DNA from: Kondoa subrosea
Taxonomy: Eukaryota
DNA length: 64,000 nt
NCBI GenBank assembly: GCA_039545335.1
Contig: BCIN01000001.1
Coordinates: forward strand, 2,229,129-2,293,128
Reading direction: 5' to 3'
The position numbers and the translations under genes were made by a program. Under the pieces are notes generated by a model. It had not been told where the DNA came from, ran no database searches, and worked only from the letters and a program-made list of their open reading frames with translations. Shown here one piece after another: positions 24,910-36,538 of the stretch. Numbering within the stretch: the stretch's first letter is position 1; every line of letters begins with the position of its first letter.

Positions 24910-25962
24910 TCAAAGGAACGGACTCCCGGAAGAAAGATATAATTCCCTCTGTTTACCGGTACGCCGTTTGCTCAAAGAAGGAAACGAGTAGGAGAAGGAG
25001 AAACGAAAACCCATTGAAAGCTTATTAAGCAACAGCCTATAGGAAATCTTTCTCTCTACGACACTGCTCAATAGGCAACGTGACCAGGACTGAGTTGCTT
25101 GACAAGCCGTTTGAAGACCAGGTTGTCCGTCAATGAAGGTCTGCTGAGTTGAGCCAAGACATGATCTGTACTGGTTGAAAGCGATTTCACAGAACCGCAT
25201 GTCGGGAGGAAATTGGAGACTGTCTAAGTAAGCCCGAATAGACTTAAGGTCTGTTCGAATATGTATAGGATTGCTGTCTCCAGAGTATTTTGGAGCAGTC
25301 ATGCGCAAGAAGGGTCCTCGAGGTTCGCGCTCGACCTTAACGAAAGGTGGTTCTTTGAAGCGATCTGCTGCACTAATCGGTAAGATACCTCAAGGGAGAG
25401 TAGGTAAAGCGTCGTTGAGTGGAACCGACATCTCAGGACCGAGTTCGCCAAAGCTGGTTTTGAACTGAGATTGCGTGCGAGGTGGCATAACTGGAGAAGC
25501 TTGAGCTGCTCTTGCATCTAGCTGTTGCTCAAGAAGATCAAGTCGTTCTAGAGCAATTTGTCGCTTGGTAGAGGCGGTAGGAGGATCGGGATGTGCCTAC
25601 GCACGACTAGCAGCTCGCGATAAAGGTAAGCGACTTGGTGGACGAGCGAGCATAGCGGAAACGTTTGTATATCCGGAGAATGCTGCTAGTTGAGGCGATA
25701 CTCTAGCAGAGGGACGCTGTGCACTTGAAGATCGAAATTGTGGAAAAGGTGTCGAGGTGCGAGAACGTAACGGCACAAGATGTTGCAGGACCAAATCATC
25801 GACGTTGTGATCTAGAAGAGAACCACTCATGATATCGATATTAAGGGAATGAGAGGGTATAGAGCCTGGAATAGCGTAAAGTCCAGCTTGAGTGAAGCCG
25901 GGTAGAGTGGATATTGAAGAGAAATCCACAAATGGGTTGCAGTAAGGATCTTGCGGGTCCAA
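24910..25962 (-). pseudogene. Degenerate retrotransposon gag-like ORF (Ty3/Gypsy-like)
   Basis: Downstream of LTR 26131-26439; broken frames including APKYSGDSNPIHIRTDLKSIRAYLDSLQFP, resembling a capsid N-terminal P..FSG motif. Confidence 0.5.
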
Positions 25963-26130
25963 AGCCAGCTTGGATTAGGGTAGGGATAAAGAAGGGTGAG
26001 TGGCTGGGGGCCAAACATTTGAACAATTGAAAAATGGAGCGAAGAATTGTTTCTTCGACTCGATTACGATGCTAGGCTATTGTAAGGTGGAGAGCAAGTG
26101 AATTCAAAGGTAGTCAGACTGAAGAAAAGA

Positions 26131-26439
26131 TGATGGGTCTCACTAGGGAACCTAGAGAGCTTCCACCAGTTGAAAAGTAGATTTGAAGGTCAAGGTGAAG
26201 GTGAATGCTTGTGAGCGAAGGTGCAGGTGCAGAGAACAGAAATCAGTGCCTAACCGCTTTGAATTGAAAAAAAGAATGATTGTAAAAGAGCAAGAGCTGT
26301 AAAAGCTGCTTGCTTCGTACAAAGTCATGAAGAAGCTTCTTTCTAAAGATGTTGAATCAGATAATGCACTATTGAGATCTTGCTCGTGAGCGATCGTCAT
26401 AAGGCCAATCGGTCTTGAATAATAAATAGGCTCCTATCA
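26131..26439 (-). mobile_element. Family D LTR (~309 bp), probable 5' LTR of the gag relic
   Basis: Reverse strand TGATAGG...ACCCATCA; homologous to 27451-27762. Confidence 0.75.
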
Positions 26440-26463
26440 AATTAACAGAATGTATTTGGCAGC

Positions 26464-26606
26464 TGATAGGGCTGTGCCGTTAACCACAGACACCTTTCGT
26501 GACCCCTCAATGACTTGCGCCAAAAAAGACTACAATTTTACCTGATAAGGATAAAATGTTCAACGGACTAGTGTACTGAAGAATGATGATTTTGTAAGCT
26601 CCATCA
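26464..26606 (+). mobile_element. Family A short LTR-like element
   Basis: TGATAGGGCTGTGCCG...CCATCA. Confidence 0.8.
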
Positions 26607-27450
26607 GTATTTGTCAGTTGATCAAGAATACTACCAGGGCTCAGCAGCCTGGCTTTCGCAAAATCCGTTCTGAACAAATAAATCTTCGGCTTTGATTCTG
26701 ATGATTTGTTTACCAGAGTCAGAGGGTCGCGATAGAAGTCTACGACGCCTTGGGGAACGCAACTTGCGGTCTCCCTAATCTCCTCTGCTCCGTGTCTTGT
26801 TGGACTATTGTCAGTAGTATACCGCTGCCGAGTTTGCAGAACGCTTATTATATTCTTGCTTAAACGCTGATTACCCGTGAAGAGGCGACAAAGGCAGCCA
26901 GCAGTCCCTGTTTGTAATTTTCGTTTTTTTCTGCAGAACACATGACAATTGGGCTCTTAATATTAAGCCCATTGAATGGAGTTTACTTTCCAAGTCTGCT
27001 TCTTTCTTCATCTCACAAGCTGCTCCTCTTCGAGATCTGCAGAGAATTTTTAGCAGCTGAGTTGCCTTCTTTTTGGGTGAGCCTAGTGGTCCTGCGCTCG
27101 ACACTTTTGCCTGAAAATTGCGGATCGAAGCTCTCAACGCTACGACCAACGCAATTATCTCTGTTCCTGACTGTTGATTTGCTTCTGCTTGAAAAACACG
27201 TACATTTATCGCAGCGCAGCCTGGTTCCCAAGTTGACAGATATTATCCAGAACACTCCATGATCGTGCATCGTGCAATCAGCATAAGCCAAGCCGTATCA
27301 TTCTCTGGATTGCACATAATTACTTTCTGGATGTCTGATAGCTCTCACTCTCTTTCACTGTCACTCCTGAACTCAACACTTATTTCTCCTATAATGCAAG
27401 TGTCAATTCAAGAGTCGCTCCTTCTTCCTCCTCAACAACGGTTCGGTGTA

Positions 27451-27762
27451 TGATACCCTCACTCGGTTGACAGCAGGCTGTTACTTAGAGACCGGTTATC
27501 CTTATGATGAAGGTTCACGAACTGGGTCGTATAGAATCTCAGACTCGACATCTTTGGAAAGTGGCTTCCCAAGAACTCTGTACAAGGCAAGCAGCTCCTA
27601 CAGCTCTTGCTCTTCGTTCATCATTCTTTTCTGCAATTCAAAGCGATTAGACACTGATTCCTGTTCCCTGCACCTACACCTTCGCTCACAAGCATTCACC
27701 TTCACCTGCAAATCTGCTTTACAACTGGTGGAACCTCTCTAGATTCCTAGTGAGACCCATCA
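27451..27762 (+). mobile_element. Family D LTR (~312 bp), solo
   Basis: TGATA...ACCCATCA; inverted homolog of 26131-26439 (shared SLHLHLRSQAFTFT pseudo-ORF). Confidence 0.75.
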
Positions 27763-28648
27763 AATTAGTTCGGGTGAATGCGGAATATTTCAAGGGGCTC
27801 ACAAGAAAGATATCAGAATCAACGACGCAAACAGAGAGACAAAGTCGCAGGTGAAGTCAATCGAATGCTCATAAGGACGAAAACCTCGCTCTATTGTTTC
27901 CGTATAAATTTGCGGCGATCTCCAGGAGATTTTCAAAGCTTGACAAGCCGCACAAGGCAGATCAACGTACGATAGATGATTTCTGGCGGAAGATTAGCAT
28001 TATACACGGTATGCCGGGGGGGGGATCTCACAGTGACGATGAAGGACTTGCTGATGATGTACGTTTTGTCAGTCTTTCCTTTGAATTCCACAAGATCTCG
28101 ATAAATGTTGCCAAAATCGTTCTGAATTCTAAGAGTGCAGTTTAGAGCCGAAACATCCTTTGCTTACTCGTAGAAAGAAAGATCAATGTAACCAGCAACC
28201 CGTTTGTTCCTCCAGCCTGCGCGTCAGAAATATTGGCCATCCATCTTTCAGATTTGAAAGTTTCGGCGTCTTGGTCCCAATGTTTATGTCTTTCATGATT
28301 GTGAGACGAGCTGGAAGTATTGATGCTACTGTCAGAAAGGGAAGAAAATCAACCATTGATCGACGCTTGAAGCTCATTATCACAGTGCCTTGATGCAATG
28401 CCAGTTGTCCAATACCAATCGACGCCTTCCCTTAGTCAGCGCATAGACCTGGAATATCTTTTTTGAAAGCGTTGGTAGAGGAAGTCATTGTCATAGTAGC
28501 AAGCGCTGCAGCACAAAGAGACGGGACAGCTTCAAGAGCATAAATATGAGGAAGTCACAAGAATCTTCTTCTTTGACGAAGCTACAGCGGGAGCAGACAC
28601 GCGATACGTAAGACCCAGAGAATATGCGATAAGGTAGTAAGTATTACC

Positions 28649-28790
28649 TGATGTACCTACAAACCATCGTTCTTTGTACACACTGGTCCGTTGAACATGT
28701 CAATCTTATCAGTTAAAATTGTATTTCTTTTTGGCGCAAGTCATTATGGGGCCTCGAAAGGTGTCTGTGATTACCGGCACAGCCCTATCA
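28649..28790 (-). mobile_element. Family A element inserted in the P450 pseudogene
   Basis: Reverse complement of tgatagggctgtgccg...catca. Confidence 0.8.
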
Positions 28791-29252
28791 CAATGCTTGC
28801 TCTGCTTTAACTTGATCAACTTCATTCCGAAGCTTACTTTGCGTTCCCGGATTTGTAGTCAGCTCATACAAAACCTACTCAGGCGCGGTTCCAGTTGTCT
28901 CGAAGCCAGCTAAGATGAAGGTGCATATCCTGTCATCACCTGTTTCAGTAGAGTTCAGTACATACAGCTCGACAATACAACTGACTGTCCCAAGACTTCT
29001 TCGTCGTCCAGCTTGTGCTTCTCGTCACTTGCTTGAACATCTGCTTTGACCAACAAGCCGAGTAGATCTTTTTCGCAACCGAAGTGATCATCACCAGCTT
29101 TCGCAGCTTCCTTTGTCCATGCCAAAATCTTCTGCGATTCATTTTCAACGGTATAGCTGAGATATTTCGTTCTCCTCGTCTTTTCCGCTGCTATACAATT
29201 CAAATGCGATCAGACATGTAGACTTGGAAAATATCGAAAACTTCATGATTCT

Positions 29253-29253
<1 letters not shown>

Positions 29254-29290
<37 letters not shown>
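29254..29290 (+). repeat. A37 homopolymer followed by C6
   Basis: Direct count from the sequence. Confidence 0.95.
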
Positions 29291-29292
<2 letters not shown>

Positions 29293-30304
29293 CCCCTTCT
29301 GACCAAAGTGCTGCTCAAAGAATCGCCAAATAGATCTGCGAATGTTACCGCTAAAGGACGAGTTCCGTCTTCGAGCGATCAAAGTTCGGTTGCAACTTCA
29401 GCAGCTCTGCACGTTCTCAGACTCTTCAGCGGAAATCAAAGAAACAGAATTGGCCCGATGATACCAATGATGGTACAATTTGAAGACCAGTTTTTTTTTT
29501 CCACAGTTTCCGTCCATTTCAACCCAAAATCTCCGCTTTTCCTTGAAAGATCGGTAGCATAGCGTTACAATCTGGTTTGTTGAAAGCCGGTCCAAGCGAT
29601 ACCTTCTGCTTTCTCTGATCGATCGTCTGTAGAGCGAACCTTGATTCTGACATAAAGAAGCATTGGATCAAACAGCTAACAGCTAACCTCCTTTAACCAG
29701 TGAAATTGCTTCTTTCACCAATGAACCGAGAGTGACACGAGTATTTCCTGAGTTGACAAGTCAGCTGTTCTTTTCAGACACCAGAGCCAAACCAAACCAA
29801 CAAGTTCTGAATAATTTTCTGGCTCGCTAATCACAACCTGGCACAACCTGGTGCTCACGATGCGGCAGTATCCAAGATGGAATTTCTATCTATGCCAACG
29901 AACGCTAGGAAATAGCGTTGAGTAGTTTTGCATGTTGAATGCGAAAGATCGCGCTCAAGTGTGTTTTCGAAAGAGCATTCGTCCGTTCCATGTCGCAGGG
30001 CTACGCTGGTTGGCGAAACACGAATCCGCAAGTTACCAGGAAAACACATTTAATGATCTTACGTGCGTTTGACCGTACTACGTTGACAGCCATAGTAGGG
30101 TCGGGCTTGGCATCAGAAGTGTCTAATATAGGAAGAGAGCTTTGCGATACGAGTGAATGATAACATATTAGCCTTCGTCCAGATTTCGTTTTCGTCAAAT
30201 TTTGCGCTTTCAGATTTACGAAATAATCTCGCATATCACTCAGTCAGGTGATACAAAGTACGTCAAAGACCGACTGCTTGCCTGTTGCTTGCCTTGATTA
30301 ATCT

Positions 30305-30450
30305 TGAATTGAGCTCTGTTAAATGTCTTTCTCATTGATCACCGGGCCAATCGAGATTCCCCGCAAGGGAATACAAATTCAACAGATGAGATTACAGCGT
30401 TAAATAGACCTGATGCTTCGAAGAATGATTGATGATTTGTAGACTAGTCA
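30305..30450 (+). repeat. Highly degenerate family A copy
   Basis: ggccaatcgagatt..cgcaagggaatacaa..gatgag..gaagaatgat..tttgtagactagtca parallels family A. Confidence 0.5.
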
Positions 30451-30545
30451 CTCTGATGGTCGAATACGAAAAGGAAAACCACAAGCTACTGCCAAGAATT
30501 TTGGGTTAACCCTTTCGGACCGCGATCGTCAGGGTAATGTATGCT

Positions 30546-30625
30546 TGTTAAAACTTGCTATCTCTGTACGATCAAGTGTGCTCTGAAGTACTTTTTGGTC
30601 TATCGTTTTACCCTAATTTTATTGA
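30546..30625 (+). repeat. Family C ~80 bp LTR-like repeat
   Basis: tgttaaaa..gctat..gtacgatcaag..tgct..gaagtac..ccctaatt; similar to 31844 and 32295. Confidence 0.65.
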
Positions 30626-30629
30626 TGCT

Positions 30630-31200
30630 ACTCACCTGAGTTGTCATATCCTACCAACAAACTTTATCAATGCAACTCGGGTCGGGCTCCTAACACGAAG
30701 GCATCCAATCACCTTCTTTGCTGTCTCAAGAAGACTTTGAATCTTTCTCTCTGCTATGATATCAAGCCGTTAGTGCTGCTTCTTTGATACTTGGCTATGC
30801 GAGTACGGATCATAATGGATGTTTGGACACATTATCTTACATAACGCCCAACTACAGGCTGGCTACAAGTTTCTGATTTTGACAAAGTTTTAAAAAGCGA
30901 TAGCCAAATGTATCTGCGGAGCAGAACAAATGGCAAACTCGATATGGTCAACCAGGGTATTTCGAAGGAAGGACTCTTATCAATCTTACAAAGTGCCCGT
31001 ATTGGCTGGTCCTCTACCTCTGCAGGACGATATACACACGATAACCTGGTATGCATGATCGCATCAAGCACGTCGCCGTTCGTTAGCATTTTATTGAGAG
31101 GATATTGAAGCTGGCGAAGTGGCAATTAATCACCCATTGTCCTGACCCCGATACGATCGGCGACACTGTAAAATGAACAAGGCTCGGGGAGATACAGCTC
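30630..31200 (+). pseudogene. Ty1/Copia pol remnant (RT C-terminus and RNase H)
   Basis: SPELSYPTNKLYQCNS...KASNHLLCCLKKTLNLSLCYD; LGYASTDHNGCLDT; CGAEQMA; HDRIKHVAVR*HFIE; HCPDPDTIGDTVK. These parallel Copia RPDLSY..., GYSDAD.AG, EAEYMA, HxRxKHIxxRYHF and CPT.DM.AD..TK. Confidence 0.85.
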
Positions 31201-31292
31201 TCTAAGCTGTTGCTAGAGAAGAAGGAGTGTCTTGCGCCAAAACTACCATTTTGACCTCGACTCTCCTGGTGCTTCACATCCTGTACGCTCCT

Positions 31293-31922
31293 TGTTGAAA
31301 GTCAATGGTCGTTACTTTCTCTCAAACTTCCGCTCTGCATCTTCTTTCCTACGCGTCATCTACACGTCGCGTCATCTCAATGCGTCGCGGCACTTCAACG
31401 CGTCACATCTTCCCCTACACCACTGCACGTCACGTCATCATACGCGTCACGTACTTTACTTCGTCAAGCGCGACGCGATTAGTCAGGACTCATTTCGATA
31501 TGAACGGTCAGGACTCATTTAAATATCAATGGTTGCCACAACGGGATGTACCGGGTCGTATGATTTCAATCTGGGCTAGTAGCTGTACATAAATCTCTTT
31601 CTTCCTGCTTTTCTTCTCACCTATACTTGTATTCCAACAAGTCTGGGAAGTCTAGCAGCTCTATTTATTTTAGGTTATGGGCCTTGCCGCTTTACCACTC
31701 GAGAGGATTTCGTTCCGGTTCCGTTGGTGGGTAAAATATTTTTCTGGCATGATATGATCCTAAGGACACCTCTGAGCTCTAATCGTTGAGACAATTCGAA
31801 GGCAATGCCCGCCCATCCTAAAACACTATTGCTCGAGTGGGAGTGTTAAAATATGCTATTTCGGTACGATCAAGAGTGCTTTAAAGTACTTTTCGGAAAA
31901 TCGGTTTAGCCTAATTGTATAA
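31293..31922 (+). mobile_element. Internally deleted Copia derivative (TRIM-like): family B LTR, PBS, short interior, PPT, family C LTR
   Basis: TGTTGAAA start; GGTTATGGGCC (31673-31683) directly after the LTR; GAGTGGGAG directly before TGTTAAAA at 31844. Confidence 0.7.
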
Positions 31923-32294
31923 CTCCTGCACGTGTTTGCAGAAGCTTGATCAAAGTCCAGACTGCGAGGCAGTTCAGAAGTCACTGGTCATCCAGAAGAT
32001 CTCAAAGTCCTCTCTGAATGTTCTTTATTACGCGTACTCTACACGTCGCGCCATCCCGACGCGTTACCTCTTTCTTGCGCCATCAAGCACAACGCGTTCG
32101 GTCGTGACCCATTTCAATCCGGTCAAGATCGAGAGACAAATTGTAATGAGCGCAAATGTAGTAGCAAAGTTTGCGCCTCGAGCAACACAGGATGGCATAG
32201 TTTTTTGTTCCGTAGTTGCTTGCTTGGCGTGCGGCAAAGCTACTCTGTGATCTTGTGTTCAGATTCCAACATCCATAGACTTTCTAACTCGTAC

Positions 32295-32405
32295 TGTTAA
32301 AATATGCTATTTCGGTACAATGCAGAGAGTGCTTTAAGCTATTTCGGTACGATGAAGAGTGCTTTGAAGTGTTTTTTGGTCAATCGGTTTAGCCTAATTC
32401 TATCA
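32295..32405 (+). repeat. Family C repeat with internal tandem duplication
   Basis: TGTTAAAATATGCTATTTCGGTAC...CCTAATTCTATCA; gctatttcggtac..agagtgcttt occurs twice. Confidence 0.75.
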
Positions 32406-34253
32406 AATCCTCATTGTGACAAGACAAAATTCAATTTCAAAAGAACAGGCAGAAATTCTTCTTCGCATTTTGGCTTCGCTTCTCGCGAAGGTTTAAATCC
32501 ACCCCCATGTGCCTTGATGTCTTCTCCTCCTTCATTGATTATTGACCCAAGTCTGACAAGAGTTACACGACGGTGTAACCTTCAGAATTCGATTTGCAGC
32601 GGGCTGTCTATACGATTGCGGCTGTTCTTCGGTGTTCTTGAGAAGAGCGAACACGAGCCTTTCACTGGAAGATATCAGATTCAATGACTTCAACGAATCG
32701 GCTCAAGACCCATCAAGATCAGACTATAAGGACAAACAGCCTGGCTGTCTTTACTGTTTTCTCTATCGTAAACATAGGAGAATTCTTTATTCTCAACACA
32801 AGCCACCTAACGCTGAAGTGGTATTAAGTTGAATTTTTGGTTGTACCACGCGCGTAGCGGGGGCTCGGAGCTTATGGTTGATTTCAAGCTAAGTCAGGGC
32901 GCACAAAAAGTAGTTTTTGTCTTTGTCTCTTTCCACCATTGACAAAAAAGGTGCTGGATACCTGAGACTTGGTACAGCGCTTGTCCTTCCAAGAATGCAT
33001 ATACTTTGAGCTTTATAGCATCTGAAGTCCGTAATTGACATCCAAAATGTTTGATTTCCCAACTTGCATTTCTTGCCTATTTTTGTCAAATCTTGCTCTT
33101 TTACTAATCTCTCTTCGAAGATCTATTTCTATCTGCTAGGAGTACCTTACTTCGCAAATTCTTCAGCTTTGCGATCTGTTTGAAATTCTCGGATTCGAGT
33201 ACCCTAATCTACTACTATCTGCAATATTGCCTCTAAAAATATACTTGAAGTGGATATCAAGAGCGTTCGTGGAGCTCAACTACTCGTACGGTTCGTAGAG
33301 CGCTCTGAGTCCTTTCAGCGAAAACATAAGTTTTCATGTTTACCCATATTGAACGGTCTGTAGGTAAGAGAGCGCTGGAGTAAAAACAGTGCCAGAAGCG
33401 CCATCACAATGCGCTTCGAACTGTACAGGTCTCAAGAGCACCGAGTTATTATTGTCAGTAGCATCGCCGAAACAAAATTATCTTACAAAATTGGAGCCCT
33501 CGCTTCGGTTCGTATCGGCGATAAGCCTTAAGCCCTTTACTCCGTAAGGGGCAATGTTGAGAATAAGAATTCTTACAATTTTTTCTCTTTTTCCTCATGG
33601 TTTCCGCAACCTAGGCGGTCAGACGCTGCACATCTGACGTATTTCCTCTTACTTTACCTTCACTTTGCCTTTACCTCAATACCTGATCTAGACCGCTATT
33701 ATATGTGTGAGCCCATCAATACATGCTGGACCAGATTTAGAGCTTCTCTTTGTCAGTCTCATAACGTTGAGACTCGCCTTTCGTTGGAAACGATCCTGCC
33801 TCGAGCTTTTCAAAGTCAACCCAGTAAGCAGTGCTGATCAAAAGTAGTGCAGCATGAGGTAGTCTGTTTTCCAAGACCGGAGTGCTCCGATCAACGAGTG
33901 TCACAATGGCGACCGCCGAAGTGAAGCATATGATATATTTTCCGTAAGCCCTTTTCAAAGATGCTCAGTCTACGATCAATTCGCGCCAGGTCGTGAGCCT
34001 TCATCATAAGGACAACCAGCTCTCACTGACAGCCTGCTGCCAATCGAGCAAGGGAGTTGCAAGTCAATGGTCTCTCTACAGCTCTCACACAATCCCGAAG
34101 ACTTAACCTCTACACGTCTTCTGCTACGCAGCTTCTAATTCGCTGTAAGTGTGACTTATGTATGATTTGACAAGATTTGGAAAAGCACAATCTTGTTATC
34201 CAACGCGTGGCACGAATGTCCGCACTACGTCTGCTGGAAAAAGAATCGGAAGG

Positions 34254-36065
34254 CTACCGTCCATTGATGGCTTGTGTATCAAGATTCTTCAGCCATGCTC
34301 CGATCGAGCCAAGAAACTGGGTTTACTGATTATGGAAAAAGTCTTCTAAAGCGGATCTCAGACTTACACCTTCATGACGCAGAAAGAGAGCTCTCTTTTG
34401 GCCTTTTGACCAGAAACGTATAGCATACGAAAGGGTAGACATTGTTGCTGCGCGACCTATTGTCTATCAGGAAAACAGCTGATATAGAAAGAGCCAAAGA
34501 TTACCCCTGATAAAACAACCGCCGAAGTAGATTCTATCCAAGTTATGCTTCTCAGCATTCATGTACCTGATCAATGCAAAGAGGCTATGATTGGAATCCA
34601 AGTAAGCTATGGTAGATGGAACCCACGCAATTTGACCTATATTATTGCTGATTGCATACAGCAAGCTTCGGCTGATGTCCTCGGGTGCAAATGCCTTCTT
34701 TTGTGAGCCGTGACGAAAGACCTTTCCGAAAGAACTTGCGATCGTGGACGACTTTAGCCCAATTCTCGAGTAATCCGATCCATCTGGATGCGACTTCGGT
34801 GTCAGCTGGGATATAGTCCGCATATTTTCACGCACAAATGTCTCCAACAAGCATGTCCACTGTTGAATTGTCCCCTCGTTCTGACAAATCCAGCATATCT
34901 ATTCACGCTCTCACAAATGAACCATTCTGTTCATTGATCTCAATGCTCCACGTACCATCAAAGCTTTGCGCATTCGTCAACATACTCAGCAACCCCCATA
35001 ACGTGCCCCCTCCTAAGCTTGTACCGCTGATCCTCTCGAATTTGCCATCTTCGTCCACTTTAATGATGGAAACTCCGGACCCGATATTGACTAGCATACA
35101 CGGAAACTGTGGTTTGGGATGAGTGTCGAATGTCAAGGCATACTGAGGAGGACTCGGAGAAGGGCGTGGTAGGTCTGTCAGATCTGGGTCCGAGGCAAGA
35201 GTATTTTTTGGGTTTAGCGGAGGTCGATGCGAGACAGCGTCCACAAGCTCATCAGAATACCAAAATACTTCATTTGGGATTTCAGTAATGAAGCTCAGGC
35301 CGGTGATAAGGCAGTCCATTTCTTCTTCTCGCAAAACCTCAAGGCCTAAGCGGGATACGAGCTGGTCGTAGAAGAGATGCGCTCCTCCTCCTGTTGCCAT
35401 GATTTTGACCGAACTCTTCATTTGATCTAGCGTGACGCCATGCGATTCAGACGACAAAGATATAAGAGTAGAAATAAAGCTAATGCAGTCTTCTATTTGA
35501 TCTGTTTCGAACTTTACAAAGTTGAGCCGTCCACCTGGGACGTCTGCCATGGAGGATCGCCGCCGCATACTTTTACTGAAAGAAGCGTGTGTCGGATGTA
35601 TTGAATGACTGTTTGCTGGTGCTTGGAGACTTGGAGAGATAATCTTAGGTCCCAGAACTCCATTCACTCGCACAGTTGTAGGAGAGGCAGGTGAGCTTTC
35701 ACCGGAAAGCACAATGTTTTCAAGTAAGTGATGCTTGCGGCCGGACTCTTTGTTCGTCGTTCGAGTGAAATACACCACTTTGATGAGTGATCCGCCTATC
35801 TGGATACATCTCAGCACCTTTGGCTCGAGCAAGAGATGAACTTGATAACCCACATCCAGTGCTATGTGACTGATGAATTCAGTGTGTTTAGGCAGGTAGA
35901 TATCTCTGGTCTCCACAGACGGATCTTCATCGACAATCTGACCAAACAGCACAGCATGTACTTCAGATTCATCCCTTGCACATGATTTGACTAAAATTGA
36001 CAAACTTCTGCGCCGTCTATGTTCACACGAATATCACGACTGTTGGGTAGGTCTCTGTTCTCCAT
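34254..36065 (-). CDS. CAB1: Type II pantothenate kinase (Cab1/fumble family)
   Basis: IALD-IGGSLIKVVYF, ATGGGAH, EEMDCLITGL, LVNIGSGVSIIKV, GTSLGGGTLWGL, IASSFGKV, FLRHEG. Confidence 0.93.
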
Positions 36066-36538
36066 CTGATGAGACTACGAGAGGCGCGCAGCAAATGACA
36101 GTGAGAATGGCTGCTTTCGGCCAACACTGCCGCTGCAACTCTTTGACTACTAATAACGACTCAGATCAATTCTGGCTCATAGTCTTCAGCTCTAGGACAA
36201 TCGCACAGTCATCCGAGCCTACAAAGAGGTGCCCTGCGCAAGGACAAAGCTATCAATTGGCTGAATCAGCGACGGGACGACCGTTATTCAAGCCCTCTTT
36301 TCAATATAAATCCCTCTCTTCGCTGCCCAACAGCACGAGCCACCATTCACACCGATCGTTCTGCTCTACAAGAGGAGAATTTCAGATCTTGCTCTGGTTT
36401 GTCATATGTCAAAAAGTGGGGATGGCTACTGAATGCTATCGCATTGCCAGTTCTAAGCAGTGCTATCGGAAGATAGCTTGCCTGTCGAGACTACAGTGAA
36501 GCACCAGCGTACGCGCTGGTCACTCATCCAGCAGGAAG

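Larger units (their letters stand above)
28080..29800 (-). pseudogene. Cytochrome P450 pseudogene
   Basis: In order on the minus strand: QRKQKVSLGPAF...MLPIFQGKA, KDLLGLLVKAD...LDDEEVLGQ, ICTFILAGFETT, HWDQDAETFKSERW, degenerate FLRVSKGCFG then ALLEFRTILA; stops, frameshifts and an insertion. Confidence 0.8.

Noticed and set aside
24329..26606. Full LTR retrotransposon bounded by two family A copies
   Set aside because: No matching outer TSD (AAAGA vs GTATT), and the interior gag has its own opposite-strand family D LTR.
29224..29562. Poly-lysine ORF
   Set aside because: Artifact of the A37 homopolymer, antisense to the P450 pseudogene.
20435..30450. CRISPR-like array
   Set aside because: Repeats are 130+ bp, irregularly spaced and in both orientations in a eukaryotic genome; no cas genes.
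33532..33552. GC hairpin resembling a Helitron 3' end
   Set aside because: Not followed by a CTRR terminus; no second copy seen.
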